Source: Candidatus Woesearchaeota archaeon
Lineage (GTDB): Archaea > Nanobdellota > Nanobdellia > SCGC-AAA011-G17 > UBA489
DNA length: 64,000 nt
Direction of reading: 5' to 3'
Assembly (NCBI GenBank): GCA_964367375.1
Contig: CAYIXG010000001.1
Location: 148,254-212,253, forward strand
This document shows, piece by piece, positions 28,673 through 39,295 of the stretch (the first letter of the stretch is position 1; every line of letters starts with the position of its first letter). The notes beneath the pieces were generated by a model. It saw only the letters and a program-made list of their open reading frames with translations, was not told the DNA's origin and ran no database searches. Position numbers and translations under genes: made by a program.

Positions 28673-28723
28673 GCTGATGCCATCTCCTTCTATTATAATG
28701 GCATCAGCTCTTTTTTCTTTTTT
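28673..28723 (+). terminator. Hairpin + U-tract terminator after ftsZ
   Basis: GCTGATGCCAT (28673-28683) / ATGGCATCAGC (28698-28708) perfect 11-bp stem followed by TCTTTTTTCTTTTTT. Confidence 0.7.
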
Positions 28724-28760
28724 CATTCATAATATTTAAAAAGAAGTGCATTTCTTGTTG

Positions 28761-29747
28761 ATGATGACTGAGAGCAATGTTATAGAAATAAATCATCTGA
28801 CAAAAGAATTTGTGTTAAAGATAAAGAAGCCTGGATTTCTGAATGGGATTAAATCGATCGTTCGTGCAGAGAAAAAGAAAGTAAAGGCAGTAAATGCAAT
28901 TTCGTTCACAGTGAAGAAGGGGGAAATTATTGGGTTTATTGGCCCTAACGGTGCGGGAAAATCAACAACAATTAAGATGATGACGGGAATTCTTTTTCCG
29001 ACAAAAGGAAGTATATCTGTGCTTGGCTATAATCCTCAGGAGCAAAGAAAGGAATTAGCATATCATATTGGAACAGTATTTGGACAAAAACCACAGTTGT
29101 GGCAGCACTTGCCTCCGATTGACACGTTTTATTTGTTTGCGCAGATCTACGAGGTGGACAAGGCTGATTTTGAGAGGAGATTGCATAAGCTGATAGAGCT
29201 GTTTGATATTCAAGATTTTTTATATACGCCTGTGCGCAAGCTTTCATTAGGGCAAAGGATGAGGTGCGAGATCGTTGCTGCTCTCTTGCATAATCCTGAA
29301 GTTATTTTTCTTGATGAACCAACCATTGGTCTTGACATTATTGCAAAAAAAAAGATCAGAGAGCTTCTCAAAAAACTCAATGAGGAAGAAGGCACAACTA
29401 TTATTCTTACTTCTCACGACATGGAAGATATAGAAAAAATCTGTAAGCGAATCATTATCATCAATAAAGGATGTATTGTTTTTGACGGCTCTATTGAAAA
29501 GGTCAAGAGGCTCATGAAGAATAAGATTGTCTCGCTGTATTTTAATGATAAAATTGCAGACATCATAATTCCAAAAGGAGTAAAGGTTATTGAAAAGAGT
29601 GTGTTTAAGGTGGCTCTTGAAGTAGATACGTCAAAGGTGAGTATCACTAAATTGCTGAATTTCTTCTTCACAAAATATGAAATTGCAGATATTGTCATAA
29701 AAGAGATTCCTATTGAGGAAATTATTGAAGATATATACAAAAGATGA
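28761..29747 (+). CDS. ABC-2 type exporter ATP-binding protein
   Basis: GPNGAGKST, LSLGQRMR, FLDEPTIGLD, TSH. Confidence 0.93.
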   Translation: MMTESNVIEINHLTKEFVLKIKKPGFLNGIKSIVRAEKKKVKAVNAISFTVKKGEIIGFIGPNGAGKSTTIKMMTGILFPTKGSISVLGYNPQEQRKELAYHIGTVFGQKPQLWQHLPPIDTFYLFAQIYEVDKADFERRLHKLIELFDIQDFLYTPVRKLSLGQRMRCEIVAALLHNPEVIFLDEPTIGLDIIAKKKIRELLKKLNEEEGTTIILTSHDMEDIEKICKRIIIINKGCIVFDGSIEKVKRLMKNKIVSLYFNDKIADIIIPKGVKVIEKSVFKVALEVDTSKVSITKLLNFFFTKYEIADIVIKEIPIEEIIEDIYKR

Positions 29748-30553
29748 TACAGAAAAAATTGTGGTTATCTAAATACTGGTGGATCTTTAAGCTAGATTGG
29801 AAGCAAAGTGTCCATTATTTTTCTGACTATCTCCTTTCAGCGCTCTTTATTGCGATCATTTTGTTCATATTTACTCATTTATGGCAGACGATTTTTGCAG
29901 GGAATAGAAGTGTTGAAGGTCTCACAATCACCCAACTTATTTGGTATTTGACGTTAACAGAGTCAATTGCATTAAGTATTGGGTGGCGGTCAATGTTTGA
30001 TAATGTTGCTGATGACATAAAATCTGGGTCTATTGCAAATTATCTGACCAAGCCTCTTTCGTACATGGGATGGTATTTTAGCAGTAATTTGAGTAAATTC
30101 TTTAATTACTTTGCAACATTCATCGTAATTGGAGGTATTGTGACCTATGCTCTTGTTGGTCCATTGCACTTTTCCTTGCTTAATTTATTACCATTAGTAT
30201 TTCTCTTGATTCTCTCATTTATCTTGAGTTTTTTTGTGGGTATGGCCTTTGTATCATTAGCCTTCTGGTTTGAGGATGTAACAGCTTTTTATTGGATATT
30301 ACAAAAAGCGCTCTTTATTCTTGGGGGAATGCTTGTTCCTATAGATGTGTATCCTGAATTCGTGCAGCAATATTTGTATTATTTGCCAGTGAGTTTTATT
30401 ACATATTGGCCGGCAAAATATTTTGTTACTGGAAGTGCTGATATATTATATACTGCAGTTCTTGGTCAAGTGATATGGGGTGTCATATTTTTTGGAATTG
30501 CAGTTTCTATTTACAAAATAGGCATACGAAAGGTGAATATTCATGGTGGTTAA
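29744..30553 (+). CDS. ABC-2 type permease
   Basis: Six TMs, DIKSGSIANYLTKP; overlaps the ATPase stop. Confidence 0.88.
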   Translation: MIQKKLWLSKYWWIFKLDWKQSVHYFSDYLLSALFIAIILFIFTHLWQTIFAGNRSVEGLTITQLIWYLTLTESIALSIGWRSMFDNVADDIKSGSIANYLTKPLSYMGWYFSSNLSKFFNYFATFIVIGGIVTYALVGPLHFSLLNLLPLVFLLILSFILSFFVGMAFVSLAFWFEDVTAFYWILQKALFILGGMLVPIDVYPEFVQQYLYYLPVSFITYWPAKYFVTGSADILYTAVLGQVIWGVIFFGIAVSIYKIGIRKVNIHGG

Positions 30554-31349
30554 TACAAAGAGAAAGAACACATTCCTAGCGCACCTAGGTTTATTTCTTG
30601 AAAACACGAAGTTATCACTTCTTTCTGCGATGGAATACAAGTTTAATTTTATAATGCAGACAGTAGGGATGTTTGTGAATGATATATTCTGGCTGTTATT
30701 GTGGTGGTTGTTGTTTACTCGCTTTGAAGCGATTAATGATTGGGTGTTTAAGGACATGCTTGTATTATATTCTATAGCAACTGTTTCTTTTGGAGTATCA
30801 ACTGCATTCTTTTACGGAGCAAGAAGATTGTATAAAACAATTGCTGAGGGAAGATTAGACTATTATTTGGCATTGCCAAAAAATGTTCTCTTTCACTCAT
30901 CATTAAGAACGAGTTATTCTGCATGTGGAGATATCTTATTTGGCCTTATGCTTGTGCCATTCAGCATCAGTCTTTCGCAAGTGCCGTTGTATGTGTATTT
31001 TGTGATATGTGGAAGTGTGTTATTCACTGCTATAACAATTATTTTTAATTCGCTAGCATTTTATATAGGAAATGCCGAGCGTGCGCGGCAAACAGGGGAC
31101 GAAGCGTTCATGAGTTTTGCGATGTATCCCTTCTCTGCATTTGGAGGGGCAACGAAGTTTTTCTTGTTAACGATTTTTCCTGCAGGGTTTGTGACAGGAA
31201 TTCCTGTTGAGGTGATGAGAGAATTTAATTGGATGTGGTTTTCGTTGACAGGAATAGTGGCATTTCTATTCTTAGGAATTGCGATTGTGCTGTTCTATAA
31301 AGGATTAAAGAGGTATGAATCAGGCAATTTGATGTATGCTAAGGATTGA
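30543..31349 (+). CDS. ABC-2 type permease
   Basis: MEYKFNF, EGRLDYYLALP, GLKRYESG. Confidence 0.88.
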   Translation: MVVNTKRKNTFLAHLGLFLENTKLSLLSAMEYKFNFIMQTVGMFVNDIFWLLLWWLLFTRFEAINDWVFKDMLVLYSIATVSFGVSTAFFYGARRLYKTIAEGRLDYYLALPKNVLFHSSLRTSYSACGDILFGLMLVPFSISLSQVPLYVYFVICGSVLFTAITIIFNSLAFYIGNAERARQTGDEAFMSFAMYPFSAFGGATKFFLLTIFPAGFVTGIPVEVMREFNWMWFSLTGIVAFLFLGIAIVLFYKGLKRYESGNLMYAKD

Positions 31350-31387
31350 ACAGATGCCTATCAAGAAGTTTAATAGAATAAGAGAGT

Positions 31388-32038
31388 TTATTTCTTGAAC
31401 AAGAAGTGTTTGAGTTTTTTGATGCCTTGTTCAATGCCTTGTTCTGCGTTCGCAGTTGCTTTCGTCACATTTTTTCCATATTTAGAAAGAGGAAGAAAAC
31501 TAACGTCTCGCCTTTTTTCGCCATATCTGTTAAAATAAGTGACAAGGTCAAAACTTTTTCTCGGAATTTCCTTGTCAAGGATGTCAGGATACCCGAGGGT
31601 AAGGATCATCTCTGGAATGATAGTGTCAGGAATGTATAAAAGTCTCTGAATGGCGCGTTCGTCAAAGCTCCCGATCCAGCAGGTTGCGAGGCCGAGTGAT
31701 TCTGCTTTGAGCATCATGTGTCCTGCGGCAATGGCGCAGCTTTGGGTTGCGTACATTTTTCCTCTGGTGGAGAAGCGTTTGGTAACCTTATCTTGGTCGT
31801 TGCATATGACGATAAGAATGGGTGCTTGTGCCATCCAGATTTGGTTGAGGCAGATGTTTGCAATTTCTTTCTTTAATGCTTCGTTATCCACAATAACAAA
31901 GAACCAGTTTTGCAGGTTTCCTGCGGATGGCGCGTGAGTGGCTGCATCAATGATTTCGCCAACAGCATCCCACTGCACTTTTTTGTTTTTGTATGTTCTG
32001 CAGCTGCGTCTATCGGTGATGCATGCATCAATGTCCAT
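31388..32038 (-). CDS. Nitroreductase family protein
   Basis: RRSCRTY, APSAGNLQNW, SLGLATCWIG, LTLGYP. Confidence 0.9.
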   Translation of the reverse strand: MDIDACITDRRSCRTYKNKKVQWDAVGEIIDAATHAPSAGNLQNWFFVIVDNEALKKEIANICLNQIWMAQAPILIVICNDQDKVTKRFSTRGKMYATQSCAIAAGHMMLKAESLGLATCWIGSFDERAIQRLLYIPDTIIPEMILTLGYPDILDKEIPRKSFDLVTYFNRYGEKRRDVSFLPLSKYGKNVTKATANAEQGIEQGIKKLKHFLFKK

Positions 32039-32091
32039 GCAGAAAAAGAGGAAAAGCAGCTATATATTGTTTTCGATGAAAATAAAGAGCA

Positions 32092-33174
32092 TCATTTTCG
32101 TTTGACTCTGCCAACATCAGCATCGTGTTCGCCCTTCTCATTTTCAAACACTGTAACAAAATAGATCCATGTTCCATCTGCTGGTAATGTTGCTTCTCCT
32201 ATTCCCCAGACGCCGTAGCCAGGACTTTTTGGTGGTCCAATAACCTTTGTTGGTTCAGTCCACGAGTTTTTGCCGGTGCGTGTGCTTTTCCAGACAGACA
32301 AAGTGCTGTCGCGTGCAGAAGTGAAATAGAGTGTGCCTTCTGTAGTGAGAAACGGCTGGTTGTCTGCAGGGAACTGAAGAGGTGGTGCGAGTGCTTCAGG
32401 TTCTGTCCATGCTCCATCAACATATCGTGTAACCCAGAGGCCGCCTCGCGAGGTGGGATCGCCTTTTTCGTCATCGAGGCTGTCAAAAAACAATTCCTTT
32501 CCGTACGCAGTTTCGATGGAGTGGGGGTTGTCTTCTTTGTATTGGTCAGCTCCAGGAATGGGGAGTCGTTCTCCATTCTTGTAAAGATCCATGTTATCTT
32601 GGGTGTGGGAAACAGAGTACCAATCGCCATTGGCTGCTTGCATCAGCCCCCATTCGTTCTCTCCATCTTTGGAGTATGTGAATTTCTCGACGTTGCAGAA
32701 TGTATCTCCTATTTTTTGTGCATGAAAGGAGTCGCTTGTGTAAAGAGGAGTAACTCCTCGAGATGGTCCGCGATGATATGTGGAGAATTGTCTAGGGTCG
32801 CCACCAAGTCCTCCTTGGTCTACAGGAGTATAATACTTGAGAATTCCTGCAATGTTCAACAAATCTCCGCGGAGGTAGAAGAAGGAGAGTGTTTCTCCAT
32901 CTGCAGAAATATATGCACTATCTTCCCAGCCAATGGTATTCACATCTCCTTCAATAAGCTCGGGGTTTTCCCATTCGTCAGCAACGTAAATGTTTGGGAA
33001 GGTTTCTTGTTTTACCTGTTTCCAAGCAGCGACAGTTGCAGGGTCATCTTCTGCATCAATAGATGTATTGCATGCAGTAATATCTCTGCGTTCTTCAGGA
33101 GCATTGTCTGGTGTGCTGGAATTGCATCCGCTGAGGAAAAGAAGGATAAAAAAGAGTCCAATAAAATATTTCAT
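32092..33174 (-). CDS. Lipoprotein with PD40/TolB-like beta-propeller repeats
   Basis: Lipobox LFLSGC; repeats ISADGETLSF, PFLTTEGTLYFTSAR, LPADGTWIYF. Confidence 0.65.
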   Translation of the reverse strand: MKYFIGLFFILLFLSGCNSSTPDNAPEERRDITACNTSIDAEDDPATVAAWKQVKQETFPNIYVADEWENPELIEGDVNTIGWEDSAYISADGETLSFFYLRGDLLNIAGILKYYTPVDQGGLGGDPRQFSTYHRGPSRGVTPLYTSDSFHAQKIGDTFCNVEKFTYSKDGENEWGLMQAANGDWYSVSHTQDNMDLYKNGERLPIPGADQYKEDNPHSIETAYGKELFFDSLDDEKGDPTSRGGLWVTRYVDGAWTEPEALAPPLQFPADNQPFLTTEGTLYFTSARDSTLSVWKSTRTGKNSWTEPTKVIGPPKSPGYGVWGIGEATLPADGTWIYFVTVFENEKGEHDADVGRVKRK

Positions 33175-33263
33175 CAGAGTAAATTTGTTGTCGTATTTTT
33201 AAAACTTTCTTGAGAAAAAACAGAGAATATTTAAAGAGAAGGCATTTCCTCTTCTTTTTGAGA

Positions 33264-34202
33264 ATGAAGATCAATCACGTGATTTCTACAGCGCAGTTTC
33301 TGGAGAGAGATGTGTTGCAAGAGCTGTTCCATCAGGCAGATGAGATGGAAATGCGTGATAAGAAAAAGAGTCTTCCAGAGCTGTTTAAGGGGAAGGTAAT
33401 GACTTGTGTTTTTTATGAGCCAAGTACAAGAACGAGATTTTCATTTGAGGCCGCAATGCAGAAGTTGGGAGGAAAAGTGATTACGACAGAAAGCGCTGGC
33501 CAATTTTCTTCAGCAACAAAAGGAGAGTCTCTGCAGGATACAATAAAGATCATGGGTGGGTATGCGGATGTGATTGTATTGCGTCATTCAGAGCAGGGTT
33601 CCGCTGCAATTGCGGCAGAAGTGTCTACTGTTCCTGTGATTAACGCAGGTGATGGTCCAGGAGAACATCCAACGCAAGCGTTGCTCGATTTGTACACAAT
33701 TCAAAAGGAGTGCAAAAAGATTGATGGAATAACGATTGCAATGGTGGGTGATTTGGTGCATGGAAGAACGATTCATTCTCTCGTGAAGCTCATTGCAATA
33801 TATAGAGATATCAAGATTTATTTCGTTGCTCCGGAGCAATTGAGATTGCCTGAAGAGTATAAAAGATATCTCAGAGAAAAGAATGTTTCCTTTGAGGAAG
33901 TTTCGAATTTGAAAGAGGTTGTAAAGAAAGTAGATGTATTGTACATGACAAGGGTGCAGAAGGAGCGGTTTACGAGTATCGAAGAGTATAACCAAGTAAA
34001 GGATGAATATATTATTAATAAGGACATTGTTAGTGTGTTGAAAAAAACTGCCATGATCATGCATCCATTGCCTCGAGTGAATGAGATTGATCCAGAAATA
34101 GATAGTGACCCGAGAGCCGCGTATTTCCGGCAGGCAAAGAATGGATTGTACATTCGCATGGCTCTCTTGCAGATGATCTTCAAAGGGAAGGAAGAGCAAT
34201 GA
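33264..34202 (+). CDS. pyrB: Aspartate carbamoyltransferase catalytic subunit
   Basis: FYEPSTRTRFSF, NAGDGPGEHPTQ, GDLVHGRT, HPLPR. Confidence 0.97.
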   Translation: MKINHVISTAQFLERDVLQELFHQADEMEMRDKKKSLPELFKGKVMTCVFYEPSTRTRFSFEAAMQKLGGKVITTESAGQFSSATKGESLQDTIKIMGGYADVIVLRHSEQGSAAIAAEVSTVPVINAGDGPGEHPTQALLDLYTIQKECKKIDGITIAMVGDLVHGRTIHSLVKLIAIYRDIKIYFVAPEQLRLPEEYKRYLREKNVSFEEVSNLKEVVKKVDVLYMTRVQKERFTSIEEYNQVKDEYIINKDIVSVLKKTAMIMHPLPRVNEIDPEIDSDPRAAYFRQAKNGLYIRMALLQMIFKGKEEQ

Positions 34203-34666
34203 TTGATGTTGACACAAAAGCACCTGAATTTGAATTGGAAAGTGATCAAAGAACAACAGTGAGTTTGAAAGAATTGAAAGGAAAAAAAGTGGTCTTGTAT
34301 TTTTATCCAAAAGATAGCACGCCAGGCTGCACGATAGAGGCTGTTGATTTTTCAGCTTACACATAGGAGTTACGTAAGCTCAATACCATTGTTATAGGAG
34401 TGAGTAAGGATTCTATTAATGCGCATCGCAAGTTTAGGGAGTCTCAAAAACTGACCATCACGCTGCTCTCTGATCCTGATGCGAAGGTGCAGAAAGTATA
34501 TGGTGTGTGGAGAAAGAAGAAGTTCATGGGAAAGGAGTTTCTTGGCACAGTACGAAGCACGTTCTTGATTGATGAGCAAGGAATGGTTGTAAAGGTGTGG
34601 GATGCAGTAAAAGCAGAGGGCCATGCAGCAGAAGTGCTCAAAGAAGTGCGGAAAAGGAACCTTTAA
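34199..34666 (+). pseudogene. bcp: Peroxiredoxin BCP/PrxQ interrupted by an in-frame TAG (34364-34366)
   Basis: MIDVDTKAPEFEL...VVLYFYPKDSTPGCTIEA...YT*ELRKLNTIVIGVSKDS...LLSDPD...RSTFLID is one frame apart from the amber codon. Confidence 0.8.
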
Positions 34667-34691
34667 TAAGTTCTGCTGATTGAAAGAGTGC

Positions 34692-36368
34692 ATGGAGTAC
34701 AAGGCGTTAGTTGCTGTGTATCTTAATCTGGAAAAGACAACAAAGCGGTTGGAAAAAACTGCCATCATCGCTGAGTTCTTGAAGAAAGTGGCAGCGGGGG
34801 ATCTGCCAATGATTATTCAATTAGTAGAAGGTCGCGTATTTCCAGAGAATGAAGATCAGAAAATAGGGTTTAGTTCTCGGTTGATATTAAAGGCGATTGC
34901 CAGTTCTTCTGGTGTCGATGAAGAAAAAGTGGAGAATGTCTGGAGTAAAGTTGGTGATCTGGGAACTGTTGCAGAGCAATTGCTTGAAAAAAGAGTGCAG
35001 ATGACTTTATTGCAAAGGAAAGTGTCTGTGGAGAAAGTGTATAAAAATATAAGGAATCTTGCAGAGTTGGAGGGTGCAGGGACAGTGTCGAGAAAGGTGG
35101 CTCTTGTTGCAGAGCTTCTGACATCTTCGTCTCCGATAGAAGCTCGCTTTATTGTGCGAACGATTCTGGAAACGTTGCGCATTGGTACTGCTGCAGGAAT
35201 TATTCGGGATGCGATTGCGTCTGCATTTGAGAAAGATGTGAATGAAGTAGAAGCAGCGTTTGATGTAATTGTGGATTATGGAGAAGTGGCGCAACGAGCG
35301 AAGAACAATAAGTTGCATACCATTACATTAAATCCAGGAAAACCGATGAAAGTCATGCTTGCATTGCTCGTAAAGGATGTTGCAGATGCATTTATTGCAG
35401 TGGGAAAGCCAGCCTTATTTGAGTATAAGCTTGATGGGTTTCGCCTACAGATTCATAAGAGTAAAGAAAAAATAATGTTGTTCACGAGGCGGATGGAGAA
35501 TGTGACGAAGCAGTTTCCTGATGTGGTTGCAGTGGTAAAGAAGCAAGTGAAAGGGTCTTCGTTTATTATTGATTGCGAAGCAGTAGGTATTGACATGAAG
35601 ACTGGTCGTCATTTGCCTTTTCAGATGGTATCGCAGCGCATTAAGAGGAAGTATACCATTGAAGAAATGGCAAGGAAGTTTCCTGTGGAGCTGAACGTGT
35701 TTGATGTTATGTATTATAATGAAAAGAGTTTGTTGCACACATCTCAGGCAGAGCGAAGAAAACTTTTAGAAACAATTGTTCTTCCGCAAAAGTGTAAGGT
35801 GAAGGTGACCACAAAAATGGTGACTGCAAATGTAAAGGATGCGGAAACATTTTACAAAAAATCTTTGGAAAAAGGAAACGAGGGTCTTATTGGGAAAAAT
35901 CTTGCTGCAGTGTATCGTCCAGGAAGGTATGTGGAGGGGTGGGTGAAGTTGAAGCCGACATTAGAACCATTAGATGTAGTCATTGTGAAGGCAGAGTATG
36001 GTGAGGGAAAGCGAGCAACGTGGCTAAGTTCATTTACAATTGCATGCGCAAGCAATGGTGATCTTCTAGAGATAGGAAAAGTATCTACTGGTTTAAAAGA
36101 GAAGGAAGACGCGGGAGTTTCTTTTAAGGAAATGACGTCTTTGTTAAAGCCGTTAATCATAAGCAAAAAGGGAAAAGGAGTTGAGGTGAAACCGAAGGTC
36201 GTGATTGAAGTGGGGTATGAGGAAATTCAAAAAAGTCCGACATACACATCAGGATATGCCTTGCGTTTCCCGCGCGTGCTAAGGTTGCGTGAGGATAAGT
36301 CAGTGAAAGAGATATCTAATTTGGAAATGGTGGAATCGATTTACCATTCACAAAAGGGGAAGAAATAG
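34692..36368 (+). CDS. lig: ATP-dependent DNA ligase
   Basis: EYKLDGFR motif I, EGLIGK, WVKLK, ALRFPRVLRLREDK. Confidence 0.96.
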   Translation: MEYKALVAVYLNLEKTTKRLEKTAIIAEFLKKVAAGDLPMIIQLVEGRVFPENEDQKIGFSSRLILKAIASSSGVDEEKVENVWSKVGDLGTVAEQLLEKRVQMTLLQRKVSVEKVYKNIRNLAELEGAGTVSRKVALVAELLTSSSPIEARFIVRTILETLRIGTAAGIIRDAIASAFEKDVNEVEAAFDVIVDYGEVAQRAKNNKLHTITLNPGKPMKVMLALLVKDVADAFIAVGKPALFEYKLDGFRLQIHKSKEKIMLFTRRMENVTKQFPDVVAVVKKQVKGSSFIIDCEAVGIDMKTGRHLPFQMVSQRIKRKYTIEEMARKFPVELNVFDVMYYNEKSLLHTSQAERRKLLETIVLPQKCKVKVTTKMVTANVKDAETFYKKSLEKGNEGLIGKNLAAVYRPGRYVEGWVKLKPTLEPLDVVIVKAEYGEGKRATWLSSFTIACASNGDLLEIGKVSTGLKEKEDAGVSFKEMTSLLKPLIISKKGKGVEVKPKVVIEVGYEEIQKSPTYTSGYALRFPRVLRLREDKSVKEISNLEMVESIYHSQKGKK

Positions 36369-36523
36369 CAGTTACTCATAAAAGAAGAATGTATATAATG
36401 ACTGAATGATAACAATGTTTATATAGGAGTTGTTGATAGTATTAACTCATAGTAAAAAAATGCATATTGTAGTTCAGAAGAGGTGAAGGAAGCAAAAAAG
36501 TGGGTGAAAGGGAGGCGCGTGGC

Positions 36524-37336
36524 ATGATTGTGAAAGAAGAGTTTTTGAATAAGCTCAGAAATTTGTTTAGTCTTAATCTGTATGAAGTCAGGATCTGGAC
36601 GTCGTTGTTGTCTCGCGGTGTTTCAACTGCAGGTGAATTGTCTGATATCGGGAATGTGCCTCGCTCTCGTGCGTATGATGTTCTTGAATCGTTAGAGAAG
36701 AAGGGCTTCGTGATTATGAAGCTCGGAAAGCCCATTAAGTACATTGCAGTTGAGCCGAAAGAAGTGGTAGAGCGGGTGAAGAAATATGTCAGCACAAATA
36801 CAAATGAACGCTTGAAGAAGTTGGAGAACTTGAAGGGGAGTGATGTGCTTGCTGAGCTGAATCAGCTGCATAAAGATGGCGTCGAATTTATTGAGCCGTC
36901 TGATCTTTCTGGTGCAATTCGGGGCAGGCATAATATTTACACGCACTTGGAGATGATGATTAAGAACGCACAGAAGTCTGTTGTCTTGGTGACAACATCA
37001 AAGGGTGTGATGCGGAAGATTGAGGCGTTAAAGCCAGAGCTGGAGCGCTTGAAGAAGAAGGGTGTTTCGATTCGAATTGCAGCGCCATTGACAAAGGAGA
37101 GCACGTCATTAGTTGCTGATGTGACCAAGTTTGCGCAGATTAAGCATGCAAATAAGCTTGATGCGCGCTTTTGCATTGTGGATGGAAAAGAGTTGATGTT
37201 TATGGTGTTAAATGATGAAGAAGTGCACCCGACGTATGATGTGGGTGTCTGGGTGAAAACACCCTATTTTGCCACAGCAATGGAAGAGATGTTTAATTTT
37301 TCGTGGAAAAACATGAGTGATGCAGCCTCGGATTAG
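36524..37336 (+). CDS. TrmB family regulator (TrmBL2-like)
   Basis: LNLYEVRIWTSLL...VPRSRAYDVLESLEKKGF, GKPIKY, PLD-like C-terminus with IVDGKE. Confidence 0.9.
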   Translation: MIVKEEFLNKLRNLFSLNLYEVRIWTSLLSRGVSTAGELSDIGNVPRSRAYDVLESLEKKGFVIMKLGKPIKYIAVEPKEVVERVKKYVSTNTNERLKKLENLKGSDVLAELNQLHKDGVEFIEPSDLSGAIRGRHNIYTHLEMMIKNAQKSVVLVTTSKGVMRKIEALKPELERLKKKGVSIRIAAPLTKESTSLVADVTKFAQIKHANKLDARFCIVDGKELMFMVLNDEEVHPTYDVGVWVKTPYFATAMEEMFNFSWKNMSDAASD

Positions 37337-37425
37337 ATATTTCTCTTTGGTATACTGTTAAGTGTTTGTGACGAGGAAGCCAGGGGAGAAGAAGATTTAT
37401 ATAAATTGAGGGTGTCTGAAAAGGT

Positions 37426-39240
37426 ATGGGAAAGAGAGGGAAACGATATGAATTAGTAGTGGTTGTGCTTCTGATAGGTCTTTTTGCAGTTTTTTTGCGG
37501 GAAACAAGTCTTCCTTCGCCGACAGGATATCAAACACTTCCCACACAGCCCGGTCAGCCATTGCCTCGTATTGCAGCGGCGACGTTAGCAAGTGCGGGTA
37601 TATCAGCAAATCCGGTGTTGTCTCGTGACTCTTCCTCTGGAGATTTGACATGTACATTGCCTCTTCCTTCATCAGTTGCGCAAAGTCCGAATCTTGATAT
37701 GACATACAATTTTGTGAAGAATGGGCAGTCAACAACGAGGCTGATTCTTGATTTTAATGCGCAGGTGTTAGCAGGATTATCGACAACAACAACTGTGGTT
37801 ACACCAACGTTTTATGACAATTCAGGGTATCAGAATGATGTGTATAATGCGCAGGCGATGCCTGTTGATAGCTCGGGAGAATTTGGGTGGGCAGTCACGT
37901 TTAATGGGCAAACAGTATACATGGGAATTCCGCATTCGAGCTCGCTGAATCTTGGTGGTGAGTACACTATTGAGTTGTTTGCGCAGCCGCAAGCGCGGGT
38001 GCCTGCGGGAGCAGGAGGAGAGAACTGGAAAACGTTGCTTGCAAAGACGCAGCTCGCGCCAGGGGATCCAAACCAAGGGTTTTTCTTGCGGACAGGGACA
38101 AGTGTTCCTATCACAACACTTCCAGGGGTAAATTCAAGTAATGATGAGCTTGAGTTTGGGTATTATGATGGGAATGAATGGCATATTCTAGTGACAAACA
38201 ATGTCAATCTTCAGAATGGGTATATCTATTACATTGTTGTGGTGAAGCGTCAGAATGAAATGGTGAAAATATTTGTGAATGGGGTGCAAGCAGCAACATC
38301 ATGTGAGATTGGAAACTGTGTGGACACGATGACGGATACGAATGCAGGGTTGGCGATTGGTGCAGATCCAAGAAACTTGGGCTTGCTGACAGGGCAAAAT
38401 TATTTCCAGTATGCTGGTGGTGTTGAGGAGGTGAGGATGTGGAACAGGGCGTTGTCTCCTGAGCAAATCACAAAAGTTAAGCAGACATATTCGTATAAGG
38501 TGATGGTGGGTGAAGAAACGTTGCCGGGTGAGACGTGGAAGTGTCAGGTTATTTTGAGTTATAATGAGGCGGTGAATGGAACGAGGACCGTGTCTTTAGA
38601 GGCGTATCCCTTGCAGTCAAATGAGATTGTGATTCCTTCTTCAAGTCCGGGAAGCAGTGGAAGTGGTGGAAGCGGGATCAGCACCTTTGAGTTTAATGTT
38701 GCAACAACTGCATCTCGAGTATTTGTGATGGAGGAAGATGACAAGATTAATGTGCGTGGCGTTTCTTCTCGGGTGTATCGCTTGAAGTTGACAGATATTG
38801 ATTCAAGTGACATTGAGTTTATGATCTTCCCGGGTGATGAGGAGTTTGCAGTTGATGAGGAGAGCAGCATCAATCTTGATTTGAATGATGATGGTGATGA
38901 TGATATTACTCTTGAGTATCAGGATGAGCTGTCAAACTCTCGGGTGAGGGTGAAGCTGATAAGAATTTCTGCTGCGCCACCAATAACGCAGACGCCTTCT
39001 CCCGCTCCTCCGCAGCAGACGAAGCAGACAAAGAAGCAGCCTCCTGCGCCTCCGCAGCCAGTTCCTCAGCCTCCGGTGGTGACGCGAACAGTGGTGGAAG
39101 AGGAAGACACGACGCTGTATAAGGTGGTCTTGTTCATGTTGAGTGTGGGGATTCTTGTTCTTGTTATTATTGGGATAATGCTGGGGAAGAGATATGCGAG
39201 AAAGTCACGATATACAAATCCGATCATTGGAAGAAAGTAA
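37426..39240 (+). CDS. LamG/concanavalin-like domain surface protein
   Basis: LamG motifs (IFVNGV, LAIGA, EEVRMWNRALSPEQI), DLNDDGDDDI Ca-binding-like loop, Pro-rich stalk, C-terminal TM. Confidence 0.8.
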   Translation: MGKRGKRYELVVVVLLIGLFAVFLRETSLPSPTGYQTLPTQPGQPLPRIAAATLASAGISANPVLSRDSSSGDLTCTLPLPSSVAQSPNLDMTYNFVKNGQSTTRLILDFNAQVLAGLSTTTTVVTPTFYDNSGYQNDVYNAQAMPVDSSGEFGWAVTFNGQTVYMGIPHSSSLNLGGEYTIELFAQPQARVPAGAGGENWKTLLAKTQLAPGDPNQGFFLRTGTSVPITTLPGVNSSNDELEFGYYDGNEWHILVTNNVNLQNGYIYYIVVVKRQNEMVKIFVNGVQAATSCEIGNCVDTMTDTNAGLAIGADPRNLGLLTGQNYFQYAGGVEEVRMWNRALSPEQITKVKQTYSYKVMVGEETLPGETWKCQVILSYNEAVNGTRTVSLEAYPLQSNEIVIPSSSPGSSGSGGSGISTFEFNVATTASRVFVMEEDDKINVRGVSSRVYRLKLTDIDSSDIEFMIFPGDEEFAVDEESSINLDLNDDGDDDITLEYQDELSNSRVRVKLIRISAAPPITQTPSPAPPQQTKQTKKQPPAPPQPVPQPPVVTRTVVEEEDTTLYKVVLFMLSVGILVLVIIGIMLGKRYARKSRYTNPIIGRK

Positions 39241-39295
39241 GGTTTCTGAGGGAAAGGAATAATATTTATATAGAGTGTTCCAGTGTGGATGAGAT

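Noticed and set aside
34364..34366. Genome-wide TAG recoding (pyrrolysine or alternative code)
   Set aside because: Several conserved genes end at TAG at their expected C-termini (DHH 727, ligase 36368, TrmB 37336), and only one in-frame TAG was noticed.
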